From positions 3,813,080 through 3,874,900 of the forward strand of contig NC_069005.1 in NCBI RefSeq assembly GCF_001194135.2: a stretch of 61,821 nucleotides of DNA, written 5' to 3'. Source of the stretch: Octopus bimaculoides. Taxonomy: Eukaryota. The notes under the pieces are model-generated. The model searched no databases, was not told where the DNA came from, and saw only the letters and a program-made list of their open reading frames with translations. Of the stretch, positions 12,363 through 25,087 are shown piece after piece; the stretch's first letter is position 1, and each line of letters opens with the position of its first letter. Both the position numbers and the translations under genes were made by a program.

Positions 12363-13342
12363 TATATAAAAATATGTGTGTGTATGTGTTTCTGTGCGCT
12401 TGTGTATTTATATCTAGATATGTGCAGGTATAAATATTTAAAGAATTCATATGTTAATATCCATGATTAAATAAATGTTAGAGTCGTATTGTGTTCGTCT
12501 ATACTTGTGTATGTGTTTGCTTATGTTGTTATGCGCTTGCAGGTTTGTGAAGCCGATATGGTAGAATTTGTATACAGTTCGGTCTGAACAACATAAAAAG
12601 AGTAAAAATGAAAACGCAAAGGGTGCGTTTGAGAATATTAATCAATATATTGATTGATCTGAGAGTGCAACGCTGGAATCAATGAAACTTTTGAAATCTA
12701 ACCATTCCAAATTCGGTTTAGCATTTCGCCTACATACGCTACCATACCGCATACTCAAGCAGAAGTTTACCTGTACATATCTAATTCTTCTAGAGAATTC
12801 CGCCCGAAAATAAGTATATATATACATATATATATATATATGTATATTCTTGTAGTACGCAAGTGTGTTAACCTGAATTAAAATATATAGACACACGGAG
12901 TTATCCGTNNNNNNNNNNNNNNNNNNNNNNNNNNNNNNNNNNNNNNNNNNNNNNNNNNNNNNNNNNNNNNNNNNNNNNNNNNNNNNNNNNNNNNNNNNNN
13001 NNNNNNNNNNNNNNNNNNNNNNNNNNNNNNNNNNNNNNNNNNNNNNNNNNNNNNNNNNNNNNNNNNNNNNNNNNNNNNNNNNNNNNNNNNNNNNNNNNNN
13101 NNNNNNNNNNNNNNNNNNNNNNNNNNNNNNNNNNNNNNNNNNNNNNNNNNNNNNNNNNNNNNNNNNNNNNNNNNNNNNNNNNNNNNNNNNNNNNNNNNNN
13201 NNNNNNNNNNNNNNNNNNNNNNNNNNNNNNNNNNNNNNNNNNNNNNNNNNNNNNNNNAAATTGATGTATTGATTGCATTGTTCAATTAAATGGAGTTGCA
13301 TGAAACTATCGTACTGCATTACCTCTGGATATCCTTCTTGAT

Positions 13343-13373
<31 letters not shown>

Positions 13374-13984
13374 TAATTCCATGTCTACTAGTGTATTTAG
13401 TTATTGCGTCGAACATTCGTTAAGTGACGTCTAAGCTACATGACCAAGTATAATTTAACAAAAAACTATATAAATTAATAAAGGACTGAAACAGTGCGTG
13501 TGTTTATTACCGGCATAATGCCTCTCCCAAGGTTTAATTGTATTTCTTTCAACACACGTATCCACATCAAGAATCTTGCACACGAAATACACATATATCC
13601 TTATACATTCATACCTACACACATCCACGGACACACACACATATTCATCACATCATTCGGGGTATTCGTTCCCCTCACGAGTATTTCCAACGTCCTGTGT
13701 ATATCTATAACCTGCAATATTTTCACTTGACTAATTTTATTTTAGCTGAGAAGATATTTTATTTTCAATAAAATCAAAAATCAAATGCAATATATTCCTG
13801 GGTTTTATTATATTGATCCAGTATCAATCTTAATCGTCAATTGCTTGGTGTGATAATAGGACCTATATATATATATACACGCACAAACATATATATATGC
13901 GCACATATATGCATACATAGTTGCATATACACACTTTGTGGTAAGATGTTCTAACAATGTTAATATAAAATGGAATTTCATTTT

Positions 13985-14021
<37 letters not shown>

Positions 14022-14137
14022 ATTCCTGGGTACAGGTATTAAATGAAATTTGGAGAAAAGTGGATTAGCCGAAAGTTTGATAAAAGGCTTGCCCTTTTGT
14101 CCTTGTCTGCCTTCTAATTTCATTTTTCCTTGCGCCG

Positions 14138-14180
14138 GTATCTTCTACCATAGCAAAGCTTTGTGAGTGTATGTTTCTAT

Positions 14181-14220
<40 letters not shown>

Positions 14221-14410
14221 AAGAGAGAGTGTGTGCCTTTGTGTCTGTCCTCCCATCACTGCATGACCACCGTTGCTGGTGCGTTTACGTTCCAGTAACC
14301 TAGCAATTCGGCAAAAGAGACCGACAGAATAAGTGCTAGGCTTTAAACATTAACCCTAGGTCGATTTATTCGACTAAATCTTTTGAAGACGGTGCTCCAG
14401 CTTTGCTGCG
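14138..14410 (+). mobile_element. SINE family B, body and 3' part with internal TA/TG microsatellite
   Basis: tcttctaccatagcaaagctttgtgagtg, then (TA)n, then cggcaaaagagaccgacagaataagtgctagg...gtcgatttattcgactaaa...ggtgctccagc, as in the 31202-31525 copy. Confidence 0.85.
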
Positions 14411-15639
14411 TGAAATAAGGAAAGCTACATATATATACAAAGACACAAACGCATACATGCAGAAACACCGTGAGGCACACACACATATGCATCACGTGTC
14501 TGGAATTGAGCAATTTATAAGATATCGAGTTCTAGTCTTCTCTATAACAACTCCCAACATGTAACATAGCAAATCATCGGTGAATAATTGATCAGTTTGC
14601 GAGACGTAATATCCAGAGGATGTAATTCCTAAGAATTGAATGCCTGGAATATATAAGATAACGTGTGTGGCCCTTAAAGCCATCTTTGATGTCAAGATCG
14701 ACTTGGATCTCTTGGAATACTAGTCAAAAGGAAGCAGCATGTTAGACAGACAATCAACAAGAAACAACAAAACATAAACTAAAAAAAAAGAAAGAAAAAT
14801 GCAATAAATATACAATAATTATATTGCTTTCAAAACCACTTCAATATGATAAAGAAAATGTGTGAAGATACAGAAGACAGACATTGTATCGAATCAATAA
14901 TTACAATGGTAGTATTGTACGCTGCGAAATAAATCTTATGAAGCACCACCTATATTCTGCAGAACGTTGCGAGGTTAAGATAGAAAGCAACATACATCAA
15001 AAGAAAGAAAAAAACGCAAGGAAACAGAGAGAACAAACAATTTTTCCCCCCATTTCCCTGATAGATACACTCTTTTCTTAAACAAGTTCTTTTTTTTTTA
15101 CCAACTGCCTGTAGTAAACGGTCTGACCTGATTCGATAATAGAATTACTGATTAAACTATAATTTAATTCCAGACTCATTATTTGCACAGAATTGATCAA
15201 TTCGAATCTATTTATCTACTTATTTATAATTTATTTAATTTCATTCGATATATGTATATGTGTATGTGTGTGCGTAATTTTGTCTGGCAACCATTGTTTT
15301 ATATATATATATTTATATATACACATGTATATATAGTGTGTGTGTGTGTGTGCATGTTAATGGTATTATTATTATTATTATTTATCATTACCCATACATT
15401 TATTTATTAGTTTATTAGCTTTTATTTTTCTCTACTGACGAACATAACTTGAAGAAGATGCCAGAACATTTGGTAACGATAAAGATATATACTTAGACAC
15501 AAAAATAAAAACGAGAAAATAAAGCCTAGAAAAAGAATTAAACATAGAATACAAAATGAATGATCTCTGCCAATCTCTGAAAAATTCTTATCTATGAAAC
15601 GTAGATATAAGAAACACGTCGACAGCCTAATAAAGTTAT

Positions 15640-15683
<44 letters not shown>

Positions 15684-17427
15684 GACAAAAAAAGAACAAC
15701 ATTGTGACAGTTATATTGTTGTTATGACGACATGAATTTCACAAATATATAGAAACCTAAAATCACAATGATACTAAAATATTGATAAATGTTTCCTAGG
15801 CAAAACCGTAAATGTCACCTGATTCTGATAAAGATATATAACACAACTATTTTTTAAAATTCTTGTATCTCAATCAACAAATATCTGAAGAAATGACACA
15901 GTTGGATACTGTCACGCAGAATACTTTGTGATATCTTCATATGTTCATCTACATTCTGTGACAGGTTCCTGTTGGCTTGATAAAGCTTTATGCCAATCGA
16001 GGTCCATTGAAATAAGAATCCATTGAATCCATGTATGTGGAAGCATTTGTGACTCGTAAACCAAGGTATAAATCTTTACTTCAGCCAACAAAACATTTGG
16101 GCGTGTCGAAAACCACTAGAGTGTGTGAACATAATATTCTTCCATGACACATTGAAGTCGCTTTACATTCTAAATTTCAGTAGTATAAATATCAATAATA
16201 ATTATTATTTCTTTGCTACAAATGTTGATAGATGAACAACGAATCGATTAAACTGACTATTGAAACAAAGCCCGTATATGTTGTGGTAAAATGTCAGAAT
16301 TAATTAGATTAACAAAGAAAAGATCGTTGATACTTGAATGCTTAAAGATAGATTTGAGAAAAAAAGCGATGAGATTTAGTTATGACCCTACGGTGGAGAA
16401 GCTGCTCACGTCCATCTTAGCTACATCACCTATGCAGTTTGTCACACTCATCAAAGATTGAGTTACACTCTTGTGCCGTTTTGTTTCATTCCACTGAAAG
16501 TCATACCTATGGCCTTTTCTTAAATTCTTGTAGATGTAGTATTCTCTACCGTTTTGTTACAACCCTGCAATATATAGTTATAGCATTGTTTCATTTGTTG
16601 GTCATTTTATTCAAATACAGACGTCATTCGCACATGATTCTGTGTTTGTTGGAAGTATACTGCTCCCTTTAAATAATTTAAGTGACTATACATCAGACCT
16701 AGATAAGTCCATTCTCAACCCTTTACTGCTAAACTAGCAGAATATTTATAAGTAACATCTAGAAGGAGTAGGAAGCTCCACATTTCATGAGTCGACAGAA
16801 TATGCTTGAAATGGTTTGACTTACACCAGGAGTCAATGAATCATACGATTTGTGAAGCGTATGAGTTCAAAAAACAATCATTAGTTCACGTCCACCTACG
16901 TATTATACAAAAATGGTTTATTATATAAATATACAATGTGTTATAAATAAATTTATAATATGAATATACGGAATAAAAAAGAACTTTATTTGAAATCACC
17001 ACAGCGGCTAAAAGTTAACAGATTTATTTTAGATTGAGTTCTTGCTAAATGGTTACACATAAGAACCTAAAACTCAAACTTTTATTACTGATTCGTTTTT
17101 CATCCTCGAGAAGGGAAATACATACTGGAGTCGTATACTTATACGTATTCTCAAGTCGTAAATAAGTATCATCTTTGAAATATAGCTATATTTATCCATA
17201 CAAATATAGCGAGTTATTTCTAACAAGACTGCAGCCTCTAACATAGATTGTTAGTGCTGCTGATTCAAACAAAGTAGAACTGAAATCTGTTGACTTCCAT
17301 TGTGTCCAGATGTATTTAATATAATATTGATCATTACTTATCCAATCGCCTATATGTATATTTGTACGCTTTCTAATGCTGTCTGCGCTCGAATCATACA
17401 TGTGTGTGACTGCTTGTGCTCCTATGG

Positions 17428-17497
17428 GCATCGTTTAAATATGCAGAGCCATCATGTTTATATATAAACATGATGGCTCTGCATATTTAAATGATGC
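17428..17497. repeat. 70-bp hairpin (35-bp arms, one G:T mismatch)
   Basis: gcatcgtttaaatatgcagagccatcatgtttata|tataaacatgatggctctgcatatttaaatgatgc. Confidence 0.95.
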
Positions 17498-17608
17498 GCA
17501 ACACACACACACACACATGTATATACGTATATACACTGATATATATACATATCTATGCACCTACGTATATACAGATATATATACGTATATATACACATAT
17601 ACTCACAT

Positions 17609-17624
<16 letters not shown>

Positions 17625-17687
<63 letters not shown>
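17625..17687. repeat. (TA)n microsatellite inside a CA/TA/GA compound tract
   Basis: Direct reading. (GA)n follows near 17826-17862. Confidence 0.95.
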
Positions 17688-17691
<4 letters not shown>

Positions 17692-17821
17692 TATATAGAC
17701 ACATACACACAAACATACAGATGTATGTCCAACAAACAGCTAGAGAAATGAATGAAAGCAAGGACTGTATGTGTGTGTGTTTGTATAAAAAAGAAAAGAT
17801 AAGCAGAGGTTCAGAGAAGAC

Positions 17822-17866
<45 letters not shown>

Positions 17867-19253
17867 CATACACAGACAGAGAGAAGTTAGTTATAAAATC
17901 TGCAATAAACCTCGTTGGCAGAGGCGGGGGATATTGGCAGTGAAACAATCGGTAATCAATGGGAAATACAACAAAATACACAACACACTTGACTCTAGAA
18001 TTAATGAGACACTTTTGTCAACAGCTTTATATATTTGCATGCCTGCAGCATTATTGTTTTAATAACTGACAGATTTCACCTGATACTAAAACAGAAGACA
18101 CAAAGTAGGGAGTAAAATTAAAATATTAGCAATGCGTCAAGAAATCAAGAAAAGCAATATAATATCAAATGAAGAAATCATTGATTTTATATATGTAATA
18201 TATATATAGTGTCTGTGCACGCGTGTATGTGAGAATGTACGTATGTATATCTATCTGTGTATATATATGCATACATACACACACCGACACACACTCACGG
18301 TGAGATAAACTGGCATTTGTGTATATACATACGTTGCGTTTGTTTATGTACTCGCCACACCACGCCACATGTGTCTTGCTTGCGGCATTACTTAGTTTGG
18401 ATTGAGATTTATCTTCCAAAACATGAATTACGATCGGAAATGGTCTTGCAAAATGAATACGTTGAAGTGGATATTTTCAAGAATGAAATGAATTCACCAA
18501 ATTGATTCCAAATAACCTAAAACCATATTGAGTCTAAACGGTGAATACACACGCACGCACACAGACATATACACACCTACAATTAAAATATGTGAATTTT
18601 TGAGCGAGTCAATATTGATGTACAACTACGTGTTAGTAAGAACTGCTAAAACTTTTCAACGACAATTACTTTGAAATCTCACGTTATAGTTAAAATGAAG
18701 GTTCATTTATCGACCTCGAAAGATGCAAGCAAAGTTCCTCTTTTCCTCTAAGTGGCATTTGAATCTAGAATGTAAGAAGTCGAATGAAATTATATTTAGA
18801 AGGGAAATGATTAGTCTACTGCATGGAAAGAAGTACGTGGCTTATACAGTATTTTAATGGCGAGACAGAGATGAGAAACGAACTTTACATCAGAGGGATA
18901 TGAACTATGGAAGTAAAACTGCGGAAATAATACAAAAAATATCACTTCAGCGTTCCAACGATCCTGCCAGATCACCAAGAAAAATACACTTACACAAAAA
19001 AAAAACCCAACTGAGAAGGGCTGTGAATTTTCATAGTCTTTATTCATCGGAATACAACTGGTGCTCATTCAGTTAAACACCGTATGCACAGGTGTGCTGT
19101 ATAATATAATTATGTGTGTGTGTGTATCTGTTATACCGTGCATCTGCTTTAATTAAATTCGGCATTGGATACGATAAAACCATTTGAACTTCAAATGGAT
19201 TTTGTTTTTGTTAGTGATGAATTTTAGTCTTTGGTTTCAAGGTACATGTAAAC

Positions 19254-19257
<4 letters not shown>

Positions 19258-19306
<49 letters not shown>

Positions 19307-19547
19307 NNNNNNNNNNNNNNNNNNNNNNNNNNNNNNNNNNNNNNNNNNNNNNNNNNNNNNNNNNNNNNNNNNNNNNNNNNNNNNNNNNNNNNNNNNNNNN
19401 NNNNNNNNNNNNNNNNNNNNNNNNNNNNNNNNNNNNNNNNNNNNNNNNNNNNNNNNNNNNNNNNNNNNNNNNNNNNNNNNNNNNNNNNNNNNNNNNNNNN
19501 NNNNNNNNNNNNNNNNNNNNNNNNNNNNNNNNNNNNNNNNNNNNNNN

Positions 19548-19638
<91 letters not shown>
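19258..19638. repeat. (CA)n spanning an N gap, followed by (TA)n
   Basis: Direct reading on both sides of the gap. Confidence 0.95.
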
Positions 19639-19640
<2 letters not shown>

Positions 19641-20922
19641 TTATTCCCCCATAACTTTTATTTAAACTAACTATCAGTGAACATATTTGGTTTAAAGTTA
19701 TAAAATGTCCTTTCTTTTAATGCTTTAATCACCGACTATTTAACGATCTTTTTTAAAACGTTGTATTTACATAAAACAGAGTTTAAAACATTTCAAACAT
19801 GGTCACATTGAAAAATAAAAATTCAAAATCAAATCAAATAATCAAAAAAACATTCACAAAGAGATATCGATCGATTGTTTAATCAACCAAGCAATCAATC
19901 AGTCTACAAAAGAGAAACTATACAGAAAAAAAATAAAGATAGAAAGAAAATGCGTAAAACAACATATGCGCAAATGGTGAAACGTATTTCTAGGTGGGGT
20001 GTATTTAAAAAAGTCAATTTTTATTTTATTTTTTATTTCATATATCTATGTTGTAATATTTGATTTTTATTCCGTAACATCATGATAAATTGTGTCATGT
20101 TTTATTCATGAATCATAAACTTACTCTCTAAATCATTGATAATCATTTTAAAAATAAAACATTATATACATTTTTTGATATAATGTGTTGCTATGTATCT
20201 TTTAGAATAAATCGTTTAATAGGGTTGTGGTGAGGGATGCAGGTAGCTGTTGGGTGAGCATTTAAGACGAATGTCTTCGAAGGTGATGGCTCATGATGTT
20301 GTGAAGTTAGATTAACGGAGTCGAAGTAAACAGTCTTTCGTCAAAGCCTGTCTCATCTACATGTCGTTGACAGCTATTTAGGGAAGAGAGAGAGAGAGAG
20401 AGAGTGGAAGAGGGAGATAGGGCGAGAGAAAGGGTGAAAAGAGACAGTGAGTGCGAGAAAGAATATATGGCGAAATCTGGAAATTTATTTGAAACCGGAA
20501 TAGAAGATTATTTGCCTAAGAAATTTATGAGAGAAAGCAAAAACTAGACAAAAAGCTGCTGATGGAAAGTAAAGCGTGAGAGATCGAATATAGTTCTTCC
20601 TAAAATGTTAAGAGAACTTTGCTCCAAAGAACCACTTAGCACTATATTGTACTACTTAGCACCGTTATTCATATACCTTCCAAACACCATTTTGCAATCT
20701 TCAAAATGAAAACACACTGGAAAATATCATGGATGACAAGGTAATCTTTGCTTGTAGGTCTTTCACTATATAAGAATTTTAAATACAGGGGACACCCTTG
20801 TAAACGACAATATCAATCGTATTTAAGAGAGGTATAAAATTTGAAAATTCCAGAAATGATTAAGTGTGACGTGCATTGTGATTGGTACTGGTAAGAAAAC
20901 TCATTATTAGAAGTATAACCAA

Positions 20923-21352
20923 GACAGGAGGTGGCAGAATCGTTAGCACCCTTGGGCGAAATGTTTAGCAGTATTGAGTCTGTCACTATATTCTCTGCCC
21001 AAATCCCGCAGAGGTCGACTTTACCTTACATCCATTCGGTGTCGATTAAATAAATACCAGTTACGCACTGGGGTCGATAATATCGACTTCATACTTTCCC
21101 CCATACTTCAAGCCTTGTGCATACAGTAGAAAGGATTATCAGAAATATAACAAAGACGGCGACCTTAGAGAATCGTTAGCACACCGGACAACATACGTAA
21201 CAGCATTTACGTTCTGCCTTGAAAATCCGCTGGTTTCAAGTTTACGGGTCATCCTTTCGAGGTCAATGAAGTAAGTAGCAGTTGAATATTAGAGTTTATA
21301 TAATCGACTCTCCATCCTCACAGAATTTCAGGCGTTGTGCCTACATTATACA
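20923..21352 (+). mobile_element. Two head-to-tail SINE family A copies (20923-21138; 21155-21352)
   Basis: Two heads (ggtggcagaatcgttagc; gacggcgaccttagagaatcgttagc), each followed by a catcc(a/t)ttcg..gtc body and a (cc/cg)ttgtgc 3' end. Confidence 0.85.
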
Positions 21353-21520
21353 ACGCTAATTGTAGTATACAGACAGATGAAAATAAATAGATGACATTTC
21401 TGGGTCAGGTCAGAAACAAGTATACATCACACACGGAGATGTGCAGACACGCCCAAACTTATGTATACATGTATATTGCAAGCATGTATGTATATATCTG
21501 TCTGTCTCTCTCTCTCTCTC

Positions 21521-21586
<66 letters not shown>

Positions 21587-21918
21587 CACAGATATATACG
21601 TATAAACACTGATGCATATGGAAAGTGAAAGTAAAGGAAACAGGCAGTAAAAAATAAAATGAATAATAGCAAAATAATACCAAAGCTACTACCACTATTA
21701 CTACTACAGCACCAATTGCTTATGCAGCTGCGGCTGATAATAATAATAATAATAGCAGCAGCAGCAATAATCATAAGAATACGAAAGAAAAGTCTACTGA
21801 AAATGGCAAGCGATATGAGATAACACACATTGATTGATCGATCTGCGCAGTATTGGAGAAAGATTTAGGCAGTCTTCTTGCAAATCAAGTTTATTGAAAA
21901 GATAAAAGGAGGTAAAGA

Positions 21919-21921
<3 letters not shown>

Positions 21922-21965
<44 letters not shown>
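21922..21965 (+). repeat. Poly(A) run of 44 nt
   Basis: Direct count. Confidence 0.95.
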
Positions 21966-21967
<2 letters not shown>

Positions 21968-22336
21968 ACACGGATTCGAAAATGGCGAAAAGCATTTGCT
22001 GCAGTTGGTGGAACAGAAGAGGAAAAATTATAATATACAATTGAATAGCACATGCTCTAAGACAAATAAATCAGTTGGAACGGGAAAAAAACAAAATAAA
22101 ACAAAAAAGGAGTAATTCCTTGTTGAAGAATAAAAGCATAAATAAATAAAAGAACTAACAATAATTATTGGAAGAAACGGTCAAATATCGACGGGAAGAA
22201 GAAAACCAAAGTATGGAGATAGAAAAAGGAATGAAAAACGTAAAAAAGCCAAGGAAGCATGTTTGCGTAGCTACATACTCTCACACACATGAGTGCATGC
22301 ACAAACACACGTGCAACGAAGATTAAGACGAGCGTA

Positions 22337-22363
22337 TCTTACCTAAAAGATATAAGAAAAGAT
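22337..22363 (-). promoter_or_regulatory. Candidate recursive splice site (pyrimidine tract-AG|GTAAGA)
   Basis: The minus strand reads atcttttcttatatcttttag|gtaaga, an acceptor fused to a strong donor. Motif only. Confidence 0.3.
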
Positions 22364-22959
22364 GGATTCTCAAAATCACCGATGAAAGCTATATAAATAT
22401 GCACAACCATAAACGCATGTACACAGGAAAACATTTGTGCCTTTGTAATGATATAATTTTTTTTTTCTTTGTATGTCGGATCTCGAAGCAGATAAGCTAT
22501 AAATAATAGCGTATAGACATTGCGTTAAAAATAAAAATGAATTGAATAGAAAAGCCAAAGTCTGCCCGAGGGAGAGAAAACTTACATCTCTGCAAAACAG
22601 ATGTTTATACTATTTATTGCTTATCTGCTTCGAGATGCAATGTTCCAAAAAAAAAAGAAAAATTATTTCTCGTTCTCCCGAGGTTAATAGATTTTCATGT
22701 AAACAATATATATATATATAGATGTGTATGCATGTATATATCGATATATACATATGTATGCACTTTCACGCACACATGCACGTACAAGTACACACTTACG
22801 TGCACGCACGTATGTATACACAAACACGCACACAAACACATACAAGCACTCACATATGCACACATACACACAGAGGGACACAAGCCCAAACCCTCGTGAG
22901 ATGTTAAGGGTCTCCAGGCAACTCATAACTGTATAATACCTGCCCTTCACAGATACTTT

Positions 22960-23220
22960 CTGAATGTGGTGATTGGGGCACGCAGTGGGTTGGTAGAAGG
23001 CTTGCGTCTTCACGAGCGAAGCAAGGCTCACCCAGAAAACCCAATTGCTGAAAACAGAAACATAATTTGAAAGATATTGTGACAAGTTTGATATCTGGAT
23101 GAGGCACCAAGTGACCAACATCTCAAAAGCAGTTATATGAATATAGCCATTGCAGTAGTGCCTTGTAAATGTGGTCAGGGTATTCAGAAATTGTGGATGG
23201 AGATGCATACTTTAGCGAGA
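22960..23220 (+). mobile_element. Possible very degenerate LINE 3' remnant
   Basis: GC-richer block with broken translations W*LGHAV and CKCGQGIQKLWMEMH, loosely like the RWLGHV and terminal Cys/His motifs of RTE ORFs. Many stops. Confidence 0.3.
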
Positions 23221-23286
23221 GAAACAATATAAGTTCAGAGAGAATACAATAGTCTATGTTGCTAAATAATCATTTCTAATAAAGGT

Positions 23287-23677
23287 ACAAGGCCTGGAAT
23301 TCGTGGGGAGAGGGATGGTATATTTCATCGACCCAGTGTTTAACTGGTACTAATTTATCGACACCGAAAGGACGAAAGGTAAAGTCGAACCAGGCGGTAT
23401 TTGACCCCAAAACGTGAATACGGACGAAATGTTGCCAGTCCTTTCGCCCGGCGTGCTAACATTTCTTTTTTACTCTAGGCACAAGGCCCGAAATTTTTGG
23501 GGAGGAGGCCAGTCGATTAGATCGACTCCAGTACGCAACTGGTGCTTAATTTATCAACCCCGAAAGGATGAAATGCGAAATCGACCTCGGCGAAATTTCA
23601 ACTCAGAACGTAAAGACATACGAAATAGCGGTAAGCATTTCGCCCGGCATGCTAACATTTCTCCCGCCCTCGCCGTC
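23287..23677 (-). mobile_element. Head-to-tail dimer of SINE family A (23472-23677 and 23287-23466)
   Basis: Both copies show gctaacatttc (head), atcga..ccgaaagga.gaaa and acaaggcc (3' end). The second copy starts at its A-box, fused to the first copy's tail. Confidence 0.9.
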
Positions 23678-24187
23678 TTATGTAACTAAATAATAATCCT
23701 CATGTATTAGTCTATCTCTCTGTGATAACCCCACACTAGGATTCGCACATTTTGCAACTACCTCAAATTTTCTGCTCTTCTTTTCCCGTTTTATTTTCTC
23801 ATACATCTATACACACACACATCGACAATTATATATATAAATACATGTATATACATACGCATAAACACACACACATATATATATATATACATACATAATC
23901 TCTTCATTTTATTTCCTTTCTCCGGTTTTTTTGTTGTTGTTTTTTTCGCTTTCTCTCATTTCTCCCCATTTCCGCCCAGTGTCTCTAGATTTCTCCCCAT
24001 TCCATTCTGTTACATCTCTGAATGAAGAACATTACGCTCTTAATATTACTAGAATACCATAAGGAAAAAGAGAAAAAAAATTATATCGATCACTAAATGT
24101 CAGTATGAAAAATGTTGTTAAAATGTCAGATATGTAACCTCATTAATTATGCACACATAAACAAGTGGTTTGTAGAATATTTGGTGT

Positions 24188-24268
24188 TAGAACTTTAATA
24201 GATGGGGTGGTGGAGGGAGTGACAAAATATAGAACTTTAATAGGTGGAGGGAGTGACAAAATATAGAA
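24188..24268. repeat. Local tandem duplication (42-bp and 34-bp copies)
   Basis: tagaactttaatag...gtggagggagtgacaaaata occurs at 24188 and 24230. The second copy lacks 8 bp. Confidence 0.9.
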
Positions 24269-24544
24269 ACGTATACATATAATAGAAAATTCAGGAACAT
24301 AATGTGTGTGCCTCACAAAGGACAGTTGATTGGCAAACAATCAGTAGCAAGACTGACATTATGTTTTGTTTTGTTTATTTAAGTTCCCTTACGTTGTGAT
24401 TTCGAATCCTTCTGGTATCTGTTGTTTTTCTGTTTCATCCTATAGGACTTGATCAAATAAACATCATAGGAATTCGATGATGATCACTTTAATCGATAAT
24501 ACCAATGGTAAAATTATTAACCAAAGTTATTATTTTTTTTTTCT

Positions 24545-24705
24545 ACTTGTTTCCCTCACCGGACTGCAACCATGATTGGAACCGATTTGTAGAGTTTAGA
24601 AGAACAATTCAACCATAGTACTCAATTTTTCAAAGCCTGGTAGTAATTCTATCAGTATCTTTTTTGCCGGACCGCAAATTTAAGGTGTTGTAAATAATCA
24701 CCGGT
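24545..24705 (-). mobile_element. SINE family B, 3' half
   Basis: The reverse complement aaccggtg...gcggtccggcaaaaagatactgatagaattactaccagg...catggttgcagtcc...gaaacaagtag matches the family B 3' end. Confidence 0.7.
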
Positions 24706-25087
24706 TGCATGCCCGTCCTCTACCTTCTTCATCTTCAAGGTTCTCATCACCACTAAGAAATTTGTGAAACCGCCTTCGTACTATGTGATCACTTGTGGAC
24801 CCCCCTCCCATGCTCTGTTGATGTTGGCAGCAGTTTGGGATGCATTGTGCCCAAGCTTCAAGTCATGCAAGAAAAGTAAGCGAAGGTTCTTTTTTGCCAT
24901 GTTCATAATTAACGGCGCCTATGCTTCAAGAATTTCTGTCTGAAATGAGTGGAAAATTATTAAAGAGCGTACATCACTTATTAAGTACGTCGAAATTTAC
25001 CTAAAACATAATTAAAATACTATATTAAAATTGCGTTTCAAAAACACAACGCTAAGAGCGGCCATCATTTTCGGAACAACTTCTATA
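24706..25087 (-). mobile_element. Mariner (Tc1/mariner) transposon 5' fragment: TIR, 5' UTR and transposase N-terminal HTH region, frameshifted and truncated
   Basis: ATG at 24900 gives MAKKNLRLLFLHDLKLGHNASQTAANINRAW, then after a frameshift STSDHIVRRRFHKFLSGDENLEDEEGRGRAC, co-linear with the Hsmar1/SETMAR-type N-terminus. The outer end reads TA-tagaagttgttccgaaaatgatggccg. Confidence 0.88.

Larger units (their letters stand above)
11695..13452. repeat. Inverted duplication: 11695-11880 is the reverse complement of 13259-13452
   Basis: The two arms are identical by eye except (TA)10 vs (TA)14. Identity stops sharply at tatacttggtca / tgaccaagtata, and the right copy runs into an N gap. Confidence 0.9.

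Noticed and set aside
16380-16580. Minus-strand terminal-exon candidate after ttgcag
   Set aside because: All frames from the acceptor stop within 15 codons, and the longer frame lacks an acceptor.
17454-18062. YIYI/THTH/CVCV/RERE ORFs here and at many other sites
   Set aside because: They are translations of dinucleotide microsatellites, which lack stops.
21922-21965. Poly(A) as the tail of a retrocopy
   Set aside because: No upstream AATAAA, recognisable ORF or target-site duplication was found.
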